64,000 bases of DNA, taken from the NCBI GenBank assembly GCA_000004695.1, contig CM000151.3, positions 7,264,001 to 7,328,000 on the forward strand. Direction: 5' to 3'. The translations under genes and the position numbers were made by a program. The notes below the pieces were generated by a model that worked only from the letters and a program-made list of their open reading frames with translations, ran no database searches and was not told the DNA's origin. Below, one piece after another: positions 37,906-52,226 of this stretch. The DNA comes from Dictyostelium discoideum. Its lineage: Eukaryota. Position 1 is the stretch's first letter, and each line of letters opens with the position of its first letter.

Positions 37906-38357
37906 GTAATTTCTAATGGATTAAAACAATTAAACATTAAACCTATTTTAGTATCTAAAAGATATTCTTTTCCATCTACCCATTTTAAAATATTTGAATA
38001 ATGAATATTATTTTTTTTATTATTATTTTTAAATGATTTGACTAATTTTATATTGAAACCATTTTCATGTAAAAATAAACCAAATACTATATTTAAATCT
38101 GAAAAATTAGAAGGTAACCTATCAATTAAAACCTTTTTAATTGCATTTTCATTTGATATAACTATAATTTCATTTGATTGATTATCATAATTAATTATAT
38201 TTGTTGATTTTATAAAATTATAATGTAATTCAGTTATATCACTTATATTTATTATTGAAAATTCTTGATTATAATTTAAAAAATCAAAAAATAATTTTTT
38301 AATATTATAAAAACTATAATAATAATGATATAAATTTTTATTATTATTATCCAACAT
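37662..38357 (-). CDS. Arylamine N-acetyltransferase-like protein lacking the catalytic Cys (probable pseudoenzyme), with a poly-Asn insert
   Basis: A single exon on the minus strand with probable ATG at 38357 (MLDNNNKNLYHYYY...). It is collinear with the upstream NAT paralogue, but the RGGxC catalytic motif (LIDGEGGICTTLNILMGMFLYEFGIPVRL) is replaced by LIDRLPSNFSDLNIVFGLFLHENGFNIKL. An (ATT)32 tract on the plus strand at 37811..37905 encodes about 32 Asn. Confidence 0.6.
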
Positions 38358-38629
38358 TTTGTGTAATGGGAGTTTATAAAAAATAAAAAAAAAAAATAAA
38401 AAAAAAAAAAATCCAATAATAAAAAGAGCAATGACAAAAACAAAATTAATTAAAAAAAAAATAAATAAATAAAACAATAATAATAATAATAATAAAAGAT
38501 TTTAAATTTTTTTTTTAAAAAAAGTGTGTGTAATTTTAAATCGTTTAATGTTTAATTAATATTTTATTTAGGGGTTAATAATATTATTTTTTTATTTTAT
38601 TTTTTATTTTTTAATTTTTTTTTTTTAAT

Positions 38630-39499
38630 TTATATTTGTTTTTTTATATTTTCATTTAAATTAATTTTAAAATAATTTAATAATAATTTTTTTAATTGAT
38701 ATTGATCAGTAATTGTAATAGTATTTTCTTTTCCATCTAGGAAACCAATTTTTAAACAATCATGGTGAAAATAGTAATAACCTTTTTCAAATTTTAAAAA
38801 TGAAAATAATTTTTTCTCTGTAATTTCAAGGTAACGTTGGTGACAATCTAAAATTTCACCATGAGTAATTTCACTTGAACTGAATTGAAATAAATTTAAA
38901 TAACTATCCATGCCAGGTTTTTTCTCTTGATAAATGTATGATGAATCATCTGAATTCTCAATACAACGATAGTAGGAGTGATTGCCAGCATTTGATAAAA
39001 CACCAATTTCATTACCCAATTCAATTGGATTTAATGAACCAAAGAAACCAATTCCAACTTCAACCATATACCATTTACTATTTAATGGCCATTGAATTAA
39101 ATTTGAAATGTGGCATGAAAAATGTGGAACTATATTAAATTGTGATTGTTTATATGCTTTAATCAATCTAACTGGAATTCCAAATTCATAAAGAAACATA
39201 CCCATTAAAATATTTAATGTTGTACAAATACCACCCTCACCATCAATTAGTAATCTTTTAACAATATAATCTAATCCCCATTCATCAATACCATGACAAA
39301 GGTCAAAATTATTATATGGTAATTCTTCAACAAACTTTTTTTGTAGAAATGCAATATCATCCAAAGTTTTTAATTGAAAATCTTTTTTTAATTTCAATTT
39401 ATGAATTAATAATTCTTTAATATTATATTTATGACCATTAATTAATTTTTTATATGAGAAAATTTCATTATTATTATTAATTTCATTTAAATAATCCAT
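38630..39499 (-). CDS. Arylamine N-acetyltransferase (NAT family), 289 aa
   Basis: A single ORF with ATG at 39499. It has the NAT catalytic-Cys motif DGEGGICTTLN (RGGxC-type) and conserved NAT-fold spacing. Confidence 0.75.
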   Translation of the reverse strand: MDYLNEINNNNEIFSYKKLINGHKYNIKELLIHKLKLKKDFQLKTLDDIAFLQKKFVEELPYNNFDLCHGIDEWGLDYIVKRLLIDGEGGICTTLNILMGMFLYEFGIPVRLIKAYKQSQFNIVPHFSCHISNLIQWPLNSKWYMVEVGIGFFGSLNPIELGNEIGVLSNAGNHSYYRCIENSDDSSYIYQEKKPGMDSYLNLFQFSSSEITHGEILDCHQRYLEITEKKLFSFLKFEKGYYYFHHDCLKIGFLDGKENTITITDQYQLKKLLLNYFKINLNENIKKQI

Positions 39500-39759
39500 T
39501 ATTTTTTTATTTTTTTTTTTTATTTTTTTTTTTTGAAATAATATTAAATAATTTATTTTTTTTATTTATTTTTTCGAATTTTAAAAATAAAAAAAAAAAG
39601 GTTTAAAAAGTTAGAAATAATTAAAATAAAAATATGATAAAATAAAAAAAAAATAAAAAAAATAATAAATAGTTAACATATTTTTTTTTTTTTTTTTTTT
39701 TTTTTTGTTTTTTTTTTTTTACCATTTAAAATATCAAACCTCTTGTCACACACGCTTGT

Positions 39760-39793
<34 letters not shown>

Positions 39794-40446
39794 AATTAAT
39801 GTAAAAGTGTGTTTATTGGGTGTGTTTTTTTTTTTTAAATTTAGATATATACTTTTACATTAATCTTTTTTTTTATTATTTTAAATTTTTTTTTAATTTT
39901 TTTTGATTTTTTTTTTTTTTTTTTTTTTTTTTTGGTCATAAAAAAATGCTCCACAGTAGTTAATTCAATAAAATTGTAATTTATAGATCTATATTTGTAA
40001 AATATTAATTGGAAAAAATAATAAAAAAATTTAAATTTTTTTAAAATTAATTTTTTGACAAGCCTGCCAAAAAATACTAATAAAATAAATAATTTATTTA
40101 TTTTACCAGATTTAAAAATTAATTTTATTTTGAAAATAAAAAAAAATATGTTTTTTAAAAATTGAAAAGATTTATTTTATTTTTTATTTAATTTTTTTTA
40201 ATTATTTTTTTCCCTTTGGAATTTCCACATCCAAAAAGATTTAATGTAAAAATACTTTTTTTTAAATTAAAAAAATAAATTTGATCAAAATACTTTACGT
40301 GTATCTTATTTAAGATTTTTTTTTTAAAATTTACCATTGTTTTTTTTTTTTTATATTTAAAGATTTAGCAAGTAATCATATATTTACCTATATTCTGATT
40401 AATTAAAAATTAAAAATAAAAAAATTAAAAAAAAAAAAACTTCCAA

Positions 40447-40483
<37 letters not shown>

Positions 40484-40769
40484 TAAATATTATCTCTTTT
40501 TTATATAAAAACTTAAAAATTAGTACTTTTATTTTATTTTACATATTTTTGAATGATCATTACTTTTTTTTTTTTTTTAATAATGGCCATTATTGAGGGA
40601 AAAGGAGTTCTTTTTTTTTTCCAAAATTTAATAATGATTTTTTTTTTATTTTTTTATTTGTTATTATAAATTTATATCTTTTTTTATATATATATTTTTT
40701 AATTTTTTTTTATTTATTTATTTTTATTTTTTTTTTTAATTTTTTTTTTTTTTTTTTATTTATTTAGAT

Positions 40770-41814
40770 TTATTTTTTAGCAGCAGCTTTTGCTTCTTCT
40801 TTACCATTAAGATATTTTTCAATTAAAATATTTTCAGATTCTAATTTTGAAGCTAATTTCTTTGCTTGTTCTTCAAAGGAAAGACTTGAGAGTTCAGAAT
40901 CTAAATCGACAGGGGTACCAGTGTATGGAACAGTTTCTGGATGTTCCAAAAAGGATTGCCATTTATGAATATCAGAGAATTGAGCAGCGAGATGTTGACG
41001 AATTAAACCGAGACCCAAACGTTCAGCTTCAGCTCTCTTTTTATCTTCATCGATTTTCTTTTCGAGTCTATCTTTTTCGTCGAGGATTTCAGCGAGTTTT
41101 AATTCGAGGATAGCTTTATCTTTTTCACATTTGGCAAGACGAGATTCGAGATCGAGTTTAGCCAATTTCTCATCATCGAGACCACGAAGGGCATCGTCAA
41201 TCTTTGATTGGAGATCGGTGATACGAGAGTTTCTATTATCATTTTGTTCTCTGATTTTGTTGAGAGCATCTTCGAGATCCTTCTTTTGTTTGACCAATTC
41301 CTCTTGAGAGTGTTTCTCACCTTCGAGAGATTGTTCGAGTGAGGCTAATTTATTGTTTAATGAATTTTGACTGGCTTCAAGTGCTTCTCTTTCCTCTTTG
41401 GCACGGAAAGCATGGAAGAACAATGAAGTGTAAAGTACGATTGAACGTTCATCGACATTACCTTTGGAGAGGGATTCAGCTTCTAAAAGCTTTGGAATAC
41501 CTAATCCTTTCTCTGCGAAATCAAAGGCAGCATTCAAACGAGCAATATTATCATGACCTTCATATTCATCATATTTGAAAACGGTTGGATCATATTTATG
41601 TGCTAATGCCAAGAAACCATGACCATCACGGAAACTAGATTTAAAGCCTGTGATATTAACATTATTATAACCTTCTGTGGTCTTTTTACACCAAGCTAAT
41701 AAACCTTCCTCTGATGATTTATCACCTTCATTAATAACTGAAATACGATATTTACGATATAATGTCCATAAAAAACCCAAAATCATCTTTTTATTATTAT
41801 CAACAAATTCTTTT

Positions 41815-41861
<47 letters not shown>

Positions 41862-42212
41862 TAATAAATTATTCATATTAATAATTTTATAAATTAAATT
41901 GGTTATTATTTTTAATTTAAATTTACCTTCAGCAGCAACACCTTGAACTTTAATTTTTAAATCTTCATCAATGAAAAGCATAGCTAAATGAAGATTTTGT
42001 ACTCTCATAATTCTTGTTTTTGGTTCGAGATCGAATTTCTTTGGGAATTTCTTTCCTGAAACAGATTCTAAAAAGTAAATTAATTTGACACCATCACTGA
42101 GATCAGTTGAAACATCTGAAATTTTATCACAACCACGTTTCTCTAATACTGAATTGACCCATGATGTAAAGGCCATTTCTTGAACTTTTTCCCATTCTTT
42201 ATTTAAATCCAT
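40770..42212 (-). CDS. ctxB: Cortexillin (CH-domain actin-binding protein with a C-terminal coiled-coil), 441 aa; the length fits cortexillin II
   Basis: Two exons on the minus strand: 41927..42212 (ATG at 42212, donor GTAAAT, phase 1) and 40770..41809. It has two calponin-homology domains (…[14 protein letters not shown]…; …[13 protein letters not shown]…) followed by a roughly 200-aa heptad coiled-coil. Codon usage is less AT-biased than in the neighbouring genes, suggesting high expression. Choosing I versus II from length alone is tentative. Confidence 0.8.
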
Positions 42213-42808
42213 TGTTTTTTCTTTTTGTTTTTGTTTTTTTTTTTTTTTACAATAATTTACAAAGGTTTGATTTTTTTTTTTTTTTGTGTTTTTTTTTTTT
42301 TGAGTTTCTTAAATTATTAAAAAATTATATTATATTTTATTTTAATAATCTTTTTAATAATAAAATAGTTTAATAAATAAGTAAAAAAAGGTGTGTATAT
42401 ATAATAAATAAATATATAAATAAATATCAAAAACTATAAATATGATATATTTTTTTTTTTTTTGGACAAAAATAAATTATTAAAAGAAAAAAAAAAAAAA
42501 AATTAAAAAAAAAAAAAGTTTGCCAAAAAAAAAAAAAAATAAAAAAAAAAAAAATAAAAAAATATTAAATTTTTTTTTTTTTTAAAATCCCTAAAATTAC
42601 TTGAAAAAAAAAAGGGTTGGGTTCAAACTGAAATTATTTTTAAAAATAAAAAAAAAAAATTTTCAAATAATTATTTTTTATTTATTATTTTCATTTTTAT
42701 TTTTTTTTTTTTTGATCATTTCTCACCTCTCCCATCATATTATTTTAAAATGATTATTTTTTTTTCCACCATTATGTTATTAGAAAGTTAACTTGTATTT
42801 TTTCAAAC

Positions 42809-42853
<45 letters not shown>

Positions 42854-42872
42854 TTTAGTTAGTAAATAAATA

Positions 42873-42908
<36 letters not shown>

Positions 42909-42920
42909 TTTGGAACGTTT

Positions 42921-43056
42921 TTATTTTATTTCAATTTTTTTTTTTTTATTGTCTCTTTGTTCATTATCATCATTTTCTAAATTTATAATTTGATCATTTG
43001 TCCTTTTCTTTACAGTTAAAACACTACCCCATATATCATTTTTAAAATTACCATTA

Positions 43057-43087
<31 letters not shown>

Positions 43088-43376
43088 CATTATTGGTATT
43101 ATTTTTATTATTATTATTATTTGAGTTTGAATTTGGTGGTGATGATGATAGTAAAGATGAGTATGTTAAGGTTGATTGCTTTGAAGGTGACATTGATTTA
43201 TTTTTAATATATTTATTAGATGGTGTAGTTTTTATTATTACTAGATATTTTAACTTTATCATTGAATTGGATGGAACTAAAAATTGATTATATTTTCCCC
43301 AAACTTTTAAATAACCATTTAACCATCCATTTCCTTTAATTATTTTTGTTGATGGTATTGGTTTACCAATTGGAAA

Positions 43377-43443
<67 letters not shown>

Positions 43444-43885
43444 GGCTCAGGTGATAATTCACCAGTCACTTGAAGTATTTGATCCCTATCGATTTGATCA
43501 CTAATTTCTTTACAATAAACAAATTTCTCTTTTTTTTGGTTTTTATTATTATTTTTATTACTATTATCATCATTATCATCTTTTATAACTATACAATCTT
43601 TATCATCAGCTTCATCTTCAGTATCATCATCTTCATTATATTCTAAAACATTTTTAGTGTAATCTTCACTTTTTAATGTATCAATTTTAATTAAATTTGG
43701 TATTGAGATTGTTTTATAGTTTACTTCTACCAACATTAGGATACCAATATTTGGTTGAAATTTAGTTGTTGTTTTATCTCTTTGAAACTTTGACATATTA
43801 ATATTATCTAAACATCCATAAATATTATCCCAACATGATACTTTTATAATATTTATAAATATTATTAGTAAATGAATAATCTTTT

Positions 43886-43925
<40 letters not shown>

Positions 43926-44250
43926 TATTATTATTTTGATAAATACTAGATTTATAACTTGTAAAACTATTATAAGATGGTGAAATACCATTTAAAATTT
44001 TAGCAGCAACACTACTATTATAACAACCATACCAAAGTAATGATTGTTTATTATTTTTATCACTTGAAAAATCTTTTGAATTATCTGATAATCTTGTTGC
44101 TGTGAAACAATCTACACATTGAACTGTATAGTCTTCTTCGTTTGATGATCCATTGGCAATCATTGTTTCAATTGATTTATAACTTTCATTTCTTTTATCT
44201 AATGGCTCAACTGTTATATTTAATCTTTGTAATAAATTTGAATAATTCAT
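42921..44250 (-). CDS. Hypothetical Asn/Asp-rich protein; the two ORF-track pieces are joined by an intron or frameshift in a poly(A) tract
   Basis: ATG at 44250. ORFs 43825..44250 and 42921..43991 overlap in different frames across a 50-nt A-run (43875..43925). A plausible intron (donor a|GTATTT at about 43952, acceptor aaaag| at about 43833) restores the frame (…SFTSYKS|ISCWDNIYGCLDNINMSKF…). No family was recognised. Confidence 0.4.
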
Positions 44251-45074
44251 ATTTTTAAATAAATAAAAAAAAAAAAAAAATAATAAAAAATAAAAATGAA
44301 TAAAAAAAAAAAAAATAAAAAAAAATTGAAAAAAAAAAAAAAATAAAAAAAAATAAAAACTAAATTATTTATTTTATTTATAGGAAATTGTTTTTTTTTA
44401 AGAATTATAAAATAAAAATTATTTCACAATTGTGAACTTCCATCACTTTATTATTATTTCACATCTATTTTCTTTTTTCTTTTTTTTTTTTTTTTTGTCC
44501 TTTAAACCAACCAAAAAAATTTTCCTTCCCATTTGAAAAAAAATAAAAAAACTTCCATCTATTTTTATCATTTTTGATTACTATGCCACGTGTAGGTGGG
44601 AAAAGTTGATAGAATCGTCTGTTTTAAAAAAAAAAAAAAAATTAAATTTTTTAAATTTATATCAAAAATATCTCGAAATTTTTATTTTTTTATTTTTATT
44701 TTTATTTTTATTTTTATTTTTTTTTTCCATAAGTTTTTCTTTTTTTTTTTCAGTTGTACCTTTTCATATTTCATTTAATTTTTTTTTTTTCTTTTTTTTC
44801 TTTATTATTTTTAAATTTTTTTTTTTATTTTTAAATTTTTTTAATTTTTTTTTTTTTTTTTTTTTTGTGTTCCCCCATGCATTATTAAATTCAAAAAAAA
44901 AAAAAAAAAAAAAAAAAAACAAAACAAAAAAAAAAAAAAACCCAAAAAAAAAAAAAGATAAATATAAATAAAAAGATAAATTAAATCAAAAAAAAAAAAA
45001 AAAAAAAAATAAAAAAAGGAAAGGAAAAATCAAACAAACTTTTTTTTTCAAAATTTTCATAAAAAAAAAAATTC

Positions 45075-46965
45075 ATGAAAATCATGTCGCCAATTTTTAG
45101 TTTTTTCATAACATTGTTCAATATGATAAAGAGAGCATTGGCACCAATCGTTCAACCACAAAGATTGTTTGCCGCTTTAATGGTAATTGGTGGTGGTGGT
45201 AGATCAGCAACAACAACAACAACAACAACAACTAAAGCATGTGGTAATGGATCATCTCAGTCACCTCCATCTACACCATTATTATCATCAAAATCCTCAA
45301 CAATAACATCAAATAAAAAATCAGCAATACCATCATCACATTTATATATTCCAAAGAAATCAACATTAGATTCTAGACAAATTGGAAATTATTCAAGAGA
45401 ATATTCTACCTCCTCCTCTTCATCATCAAAAAAGTCAATCTTTAATGATACATATTTAAATGATTTATTTTGGCAATTATCATCACAAGGTCCTGCATTT
45501 GAAGTTAATCCAAATAATATAGATTTTATTCAAGAACCAATTGATTTTTATAATCATTTAATTGTAAAGTATTATACTACCCTCCCCTCCCCTCACCTCA
45601 CCTCACCTCCCCCCATATCATATAATATTAATATATTTTTTATTTTTTATTTTTTTTTAGGATGGAGTTAAAAGATCAAAAAAAAGAATTACAATGGCAT
45701 CATTATATTTAGGTACAAGTAAACAAGAGATTGAATTAGTTAAAGAGATGAAATTAGCAATGGAAAGAAATAAAGAATTAAAGATACATATATTATTGGA
45801 TGGTTTAAGGGGTACTAGAATTGGATTAGATAAAGAGAGTAGTGCAACTATATTGGGTGAACTATTAAGCCTTTACTCTGATCGTGTCACTATAAGTATG
45901 TATCATACACCAGACCTAAATGGAATCTTAAAGAAAGTATTACCACCAAGAATCAATGAAACCATTGGTGTTCAACATATTAAAACCTATATATTCGATG
46001 ACGATTTACTTTTAAGTGGTGCAAATCTATCTAAAGATTATTTCACAAATAGACAAGATCGTTATGTTTTAATTCGTTCCACAAGCACAGTTTCAAACTA
46101 TTTCAATGAGATCGTTGAAATCATCGGTTCACTCTCTCTACATGTCGATAAAGATAATAGGAATCAGTTACTCCTATCATCTGGTTCAATCGATCCAGTC
46201 ACACAATCAAATGAATTTAAAAATTTAGCATATACAAAATTATCAACACTTTTAAAATCACATTCATATTATCCAAGTAACAGTAATAGTAATTCATCAG
46301 TTGATTCACCATTTGATTGTAATAATATAAATAATGGGGAGACTACTTGGATATTTCCAACAATTCAAATGGGACCATTTAATATACGTCAGGATGAGGT
46401 TGTTACATCACACATTTTCGAATCTGTTCCAAATGATTCTAAATTCTTTATCACTTCACCATACTTTAATTTAACAGAGAATTACTTAAACTTAATTCTA
46501 ACTGGTAAACCAAAATTGGATATTATCACATGTTCACCACAAGCCAATGGATTCTATGGTAGTAAAGGCTTGAGTAGTGCAGTACCCGACTGTTATGCAA
46601 TTATAGAGAAACGTTTCCTTCAACGTGTTCAAGATACTGATAATGGTGATCGTATCTCTGTTCAAGAGTATATTCGTGATAAATGGACCTATCATGCCAA
46701 GGGACTTTGGATTCAAGTAAAGAATCAACAACATCCATCCATTACACTCATTGGTAGTCCAAATTTCGGTTCACGTAGTGTTGAAAAGGATTTAGAAGCT
46801 CAAATCATTTTAATCACTCAAAATAAACAATTACAACAAAAAATGGAAAATGAAAAAAATTATCTTTGGACTGATACTCAAAATGCTAACCTTGAATTAT
46901 TTGAAAAAAGAAAAGTTTCTTTAATGGTTAGATTTTTAGTTTATATTTTTGGTAATTATTTATAA
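45075..46965 (+). CDS. pgs1: CDP-diacylglycerol--glycerol-3-phosphate 3-phosphatidyltransferase (PGP synthase, Pgs1; PLD-like with two HKD motifs)
   Basis: Two exons: 45075..45563 (donor GTAAAG) and 45661..46965 (acceptor tttttttttag). The join gives ...DFYNHLI|DGVKRSKKRITMASLYLG, matching the Pgs1 'K.RI..ASLY.G' region. HKD motif 1 is HIKTYIFDDDLLLSGANL; HKD motif 2 is TYHAKGLWIQ...IGSPNFGSRS. The N-terminus looks like a mitochondrial presequence. Confidence 0.8.
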
Positions 46966-47291
46966 ATAATCAAAAAATCAAAAAAAAAAAAAAAAAAAAA
47001 AAATCAAAATTAATAAAAATAAAATAGTAAAAATAAAAAAATAAAAATAAATCAAGATATTTGTAAATAAATAAAATAAAATAAAATAAAATCGGAAATG
47101 GATTTTTTTTATTTTTTTTTTTTTTTTTATTTTTTGAGCAAAAACTGAAAAGTCACCACCTACCAGGGAATTTAATTTTTTGTAAATTGTTTTTTTTTTT
47201 TTTTATTTTTTTTTTTTTTTTATTTTTTTGTTTTGACACACACACAACCACTTTTTGTTTCAAATGATTGATTAAAAAAAAAAAAAAAAAA

Positions 47292-49178
<1,887 letters not shown>

Positions 49179-49368
49179 TAAAATAAAAAAAATAAAAATA
49201 AATGTTGGGAAAAAAAAAAAAAAAAGTTAATAGAAATAATAAAAAAAAAAAAAAAAATTCAAAAAACACAATGAGTACATTAATTTTTTTTAAAAAAATT
49301 TGTGTATATTTGAGTGTGCTCTATTAATCAATACTAAATTCATATTAAAAACAAATAAAATTAAATCA

Positions 49369-49419
<51 letters not shown>

Positions 49420-49617
49420 AAAATTTTGGAATTTTTGTTAATATTTGAACTTAAGACACACACAATATTTTTTTTTTTTTTTTTTTTTTTTTATTTTTTA
49501 AAGTGGACTTTTCGCTAAAATTTGCTTTTTTTGTTTTTACATAATATTTTTTATTTCATTTCATTTTCATTTTCATTTTCAAAAAAAAAATAAATATAAA
49601 TAAAAATCAAAATAAAA

Positions 49618-51046
49618 ATGATTAGATTATTTTCAAAATCTACTTTTTTTAATGGAATTAATTTCACAAAATCTATTTCATCACCTTCAGTTAGATATAT
49701 TTCAAATAATAGTCCAACATCTGAATCACCAAAGATACTAGAATACAAAGTAAGTAATTATCATTATTATTGTTTTTATTATTAGTATTAATAATTTATC
49801 ATGGAAAAAAAAAAAAAATTATAGAGAACTAGGGTTCAAGTAATAAATGCACATAATGAAAAATTTAAATTTTCATTTATTAATTTAACCAAAGCAGCAA
49901 ATTTTTCAAAAACAAAACATAATCTATCAATTTCAGATGCTCAATTATTAGGTAAATTAATGTCTGGTGTTTCAATGTGTGCTTCATTTTTATCTGATGA
50001 AGAAAGAATCTCTGCTCAAATTATTTCTGATATTAATCCAACTGTAATTAATTAATTAATTAATTAATTACCAATACAAGATATTATATACATACATATT
50101 ACTAACATTATATAAATATAAATATACATAAATATAGCATATATATGCAGAAGCAATTCATGTTGGAGAAGTTAGAGGATTTTTAATTAATGGTGATACA
50201 CCAAGATTGGAGACACCTGATCAAGTTATAAATAGAAAAGGTATTTTCCAATTTTCAAAGATATTATATGGTCATTTAAAACCAATTCAAAGTGTTGTAG
50301 CTGTAGAGGAAAAAGATTTAACAATAACAAAAGAATTTCAACATTATTTTGATCAATCTGAACAAATTCCATCATTTATTCAATTAGAAACTAGATTAAA
50401 ATCAAATAATAATAATAGTAAAAGTGATAACAATAATATTGTTATTAATGATGAAATTCAACAACAAATTCAAATACAAGAACAACAAGGACAAGGACAA
50501 GGACAAGGACAAGGACAACAAATTATAAATAGTAATAATGATGTAATTGATAATGATCAATTAGAATTTAATGGTGGTATTTTAATTCAAACATTACCAT
50601 CAACGACTGATGAAGAATTGGTTCAATTGAAAAATAATATTGAAAAGCATTCAATTGCAGATTTATTTTTAAAAGAAAAGAAATCAATCAAAGAGATATT
50701 ATCAATCCTTACAAATAATGATCCATCAGTTGAGATTATTTCAACCATTTTCGTAGATTTCTATTGTCGTTGTACTTTGAAAACTTTTAAAGATAAAATT
50801 CTAACTTTAGGCATCAACGAAATTAAACATCTTGAAGAACATAATCATAATGAATTAAAATGTATCTATTGTAATCGTTATCATTATTTAAAGGATACTG
50901 ATTTCAAAGAAATGATTAATCATTTAGAACAAGATAAAGAACAAAAATTAAAAGTTTTAAAAGAAATGGAACAAGAACAAGAACAAGAAGTGCAACAACA
51001 AAATAATCATACTGAAAAAATAAATGATGAAACTAAAAAAGAATAA
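49618..51046 (+). CDS. Hsp33 family redox-regulated chaperone (HslO-like) with an N-terminal mitochondrial-type presequence and low-complexity inserts
   Basis: Three exons: 49618..49749 (MIRLFSKSTFFNGINF..., donor GTAAGT), 49825..50043 (…SDAQLLGKLMSGVSMCASFLSDEERISAQI…, donor GTAATT) and 50138..51046. The C-terminal Zn-switch cysteines are YCRCT(x29)CIYCNRYH, the Hsp33 C-x-C...C-x-x-C signature. A (Gln-Gly)n insert is encoded by (caagga)n at about 50481..50520. Confidence 0.8.
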
Positions 51047-51143
51047 ATTAAAAATACTAAAATAAATTGTAAAAAAAAAAAAATTAAAAAATAAATTTAT
51101 ATTTTTAGTATTATTTATTATTATCATTATTATTAAAATTTAA

Positions 51144-51929
51144 TTAATAATTTATTTCTAATGGTTCGAGTTTTTCTTGATTTTCAAGATCATCATCATT
51201 GTCATCATCATCACTATTATCTAAAATTAAACCAAATTTATCAATAATTGATGGTGGTGTATTTATAATATCTAATATATTTTTACTATTTTCTGGATTA
51301 AAATTGATTTGTTCATCTAAATTATTGTTTTTGTTGTTATTTTTATTATTATTATCTGTACAGGTTTTGTTGGCATTATTTGGTTGTTTTCTTTTTTTAT
51401 TATCATTATTATTATTATTTTCATTTTCATTTTCTTTATTTATTTCTAAAATTGGTGTATTTGTATTATTATTATTATTATTATTATTATTTTTATTATT
51501 GGATGTAATTTTTATATTGTTTTCACTTAATTCTTCTTTATGTTCTAAAATACCTAATGCTAAATTCTAAATTATTATTATTATTATTAAAAAGTGTTAG
51601 AGCTGAGCTAAAAAATTAATAAATATAAAAAAAGAAATAAATACCATTTGAATATATTCATCACCTTCTTTAATATTCTCTATATTAACATCTTCTTTAT
51701 TTTCAATTTTCTTTTTTAAATCAATGTTTGCTTCTTTTAATTTTGGTAAAAAATCTTTAACTCTATTTAAAACTGAACTTTCTTCCATTTTAAAGAAATT
51801 TGGTTTGGTTTTTGGTGCTTGTTGAGGTGTTATTAAAAATGGTGAAACACTTGGTTCTGTTAAACCATTATTAATTTTGGTTTTATTACTATTCTTTTCT
51901 AATTCTAATAAGTCTTTATTTACAATCAT
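51144..51929 (-). CDS. Hypothetical protein (…SVLNRVKDFLPKLKEANIDLKKK… N-terminal module, Asn/Asp-rich tail), about 235 aa
   Basis: Two exons on the minus strand: 51645..51929 (ATG at 51929, donor GTATTT, phase 0) and 51144..51566 (NLALGILEHKEELSEN...LEINY*). The plus-strand ORF 51199..51570 is the antisense low-complexity frame of exon 2. Confidence 0.45.
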
Positions 51930-52111
51930 TATTTATATATTTGTTGTTTATTATTTATTTATTTTTAAAATGTTTTTATTTTATTTATTTTATTTTTTTT
52001 TTTTTTGTTTCGTTTGTGGTGATAAAAATAAATAAAACGAGACAACCGAAAAAAGTTAAAAAAAAAAAAAAATGAAATTAAATTATGAAAAAAAAAAATT
52101 AAAAAACGAAT

Positions 52112-52149
<38 letters not shown>

Positions 52150-52226
52150 AATATTTTCAAACTGCTTTAAATAAATAAAAAAGTTCATTTAAATAAAATA
52201 AATAATTGTAAAATTTAATAATTAAG

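Noticed and set aside
51199-51570. Leu-rich plus-strand ORF
   Set aside because: It is the antisense frame of minus-strand exon 51144..51566. It is low-complexity and has no independent support.
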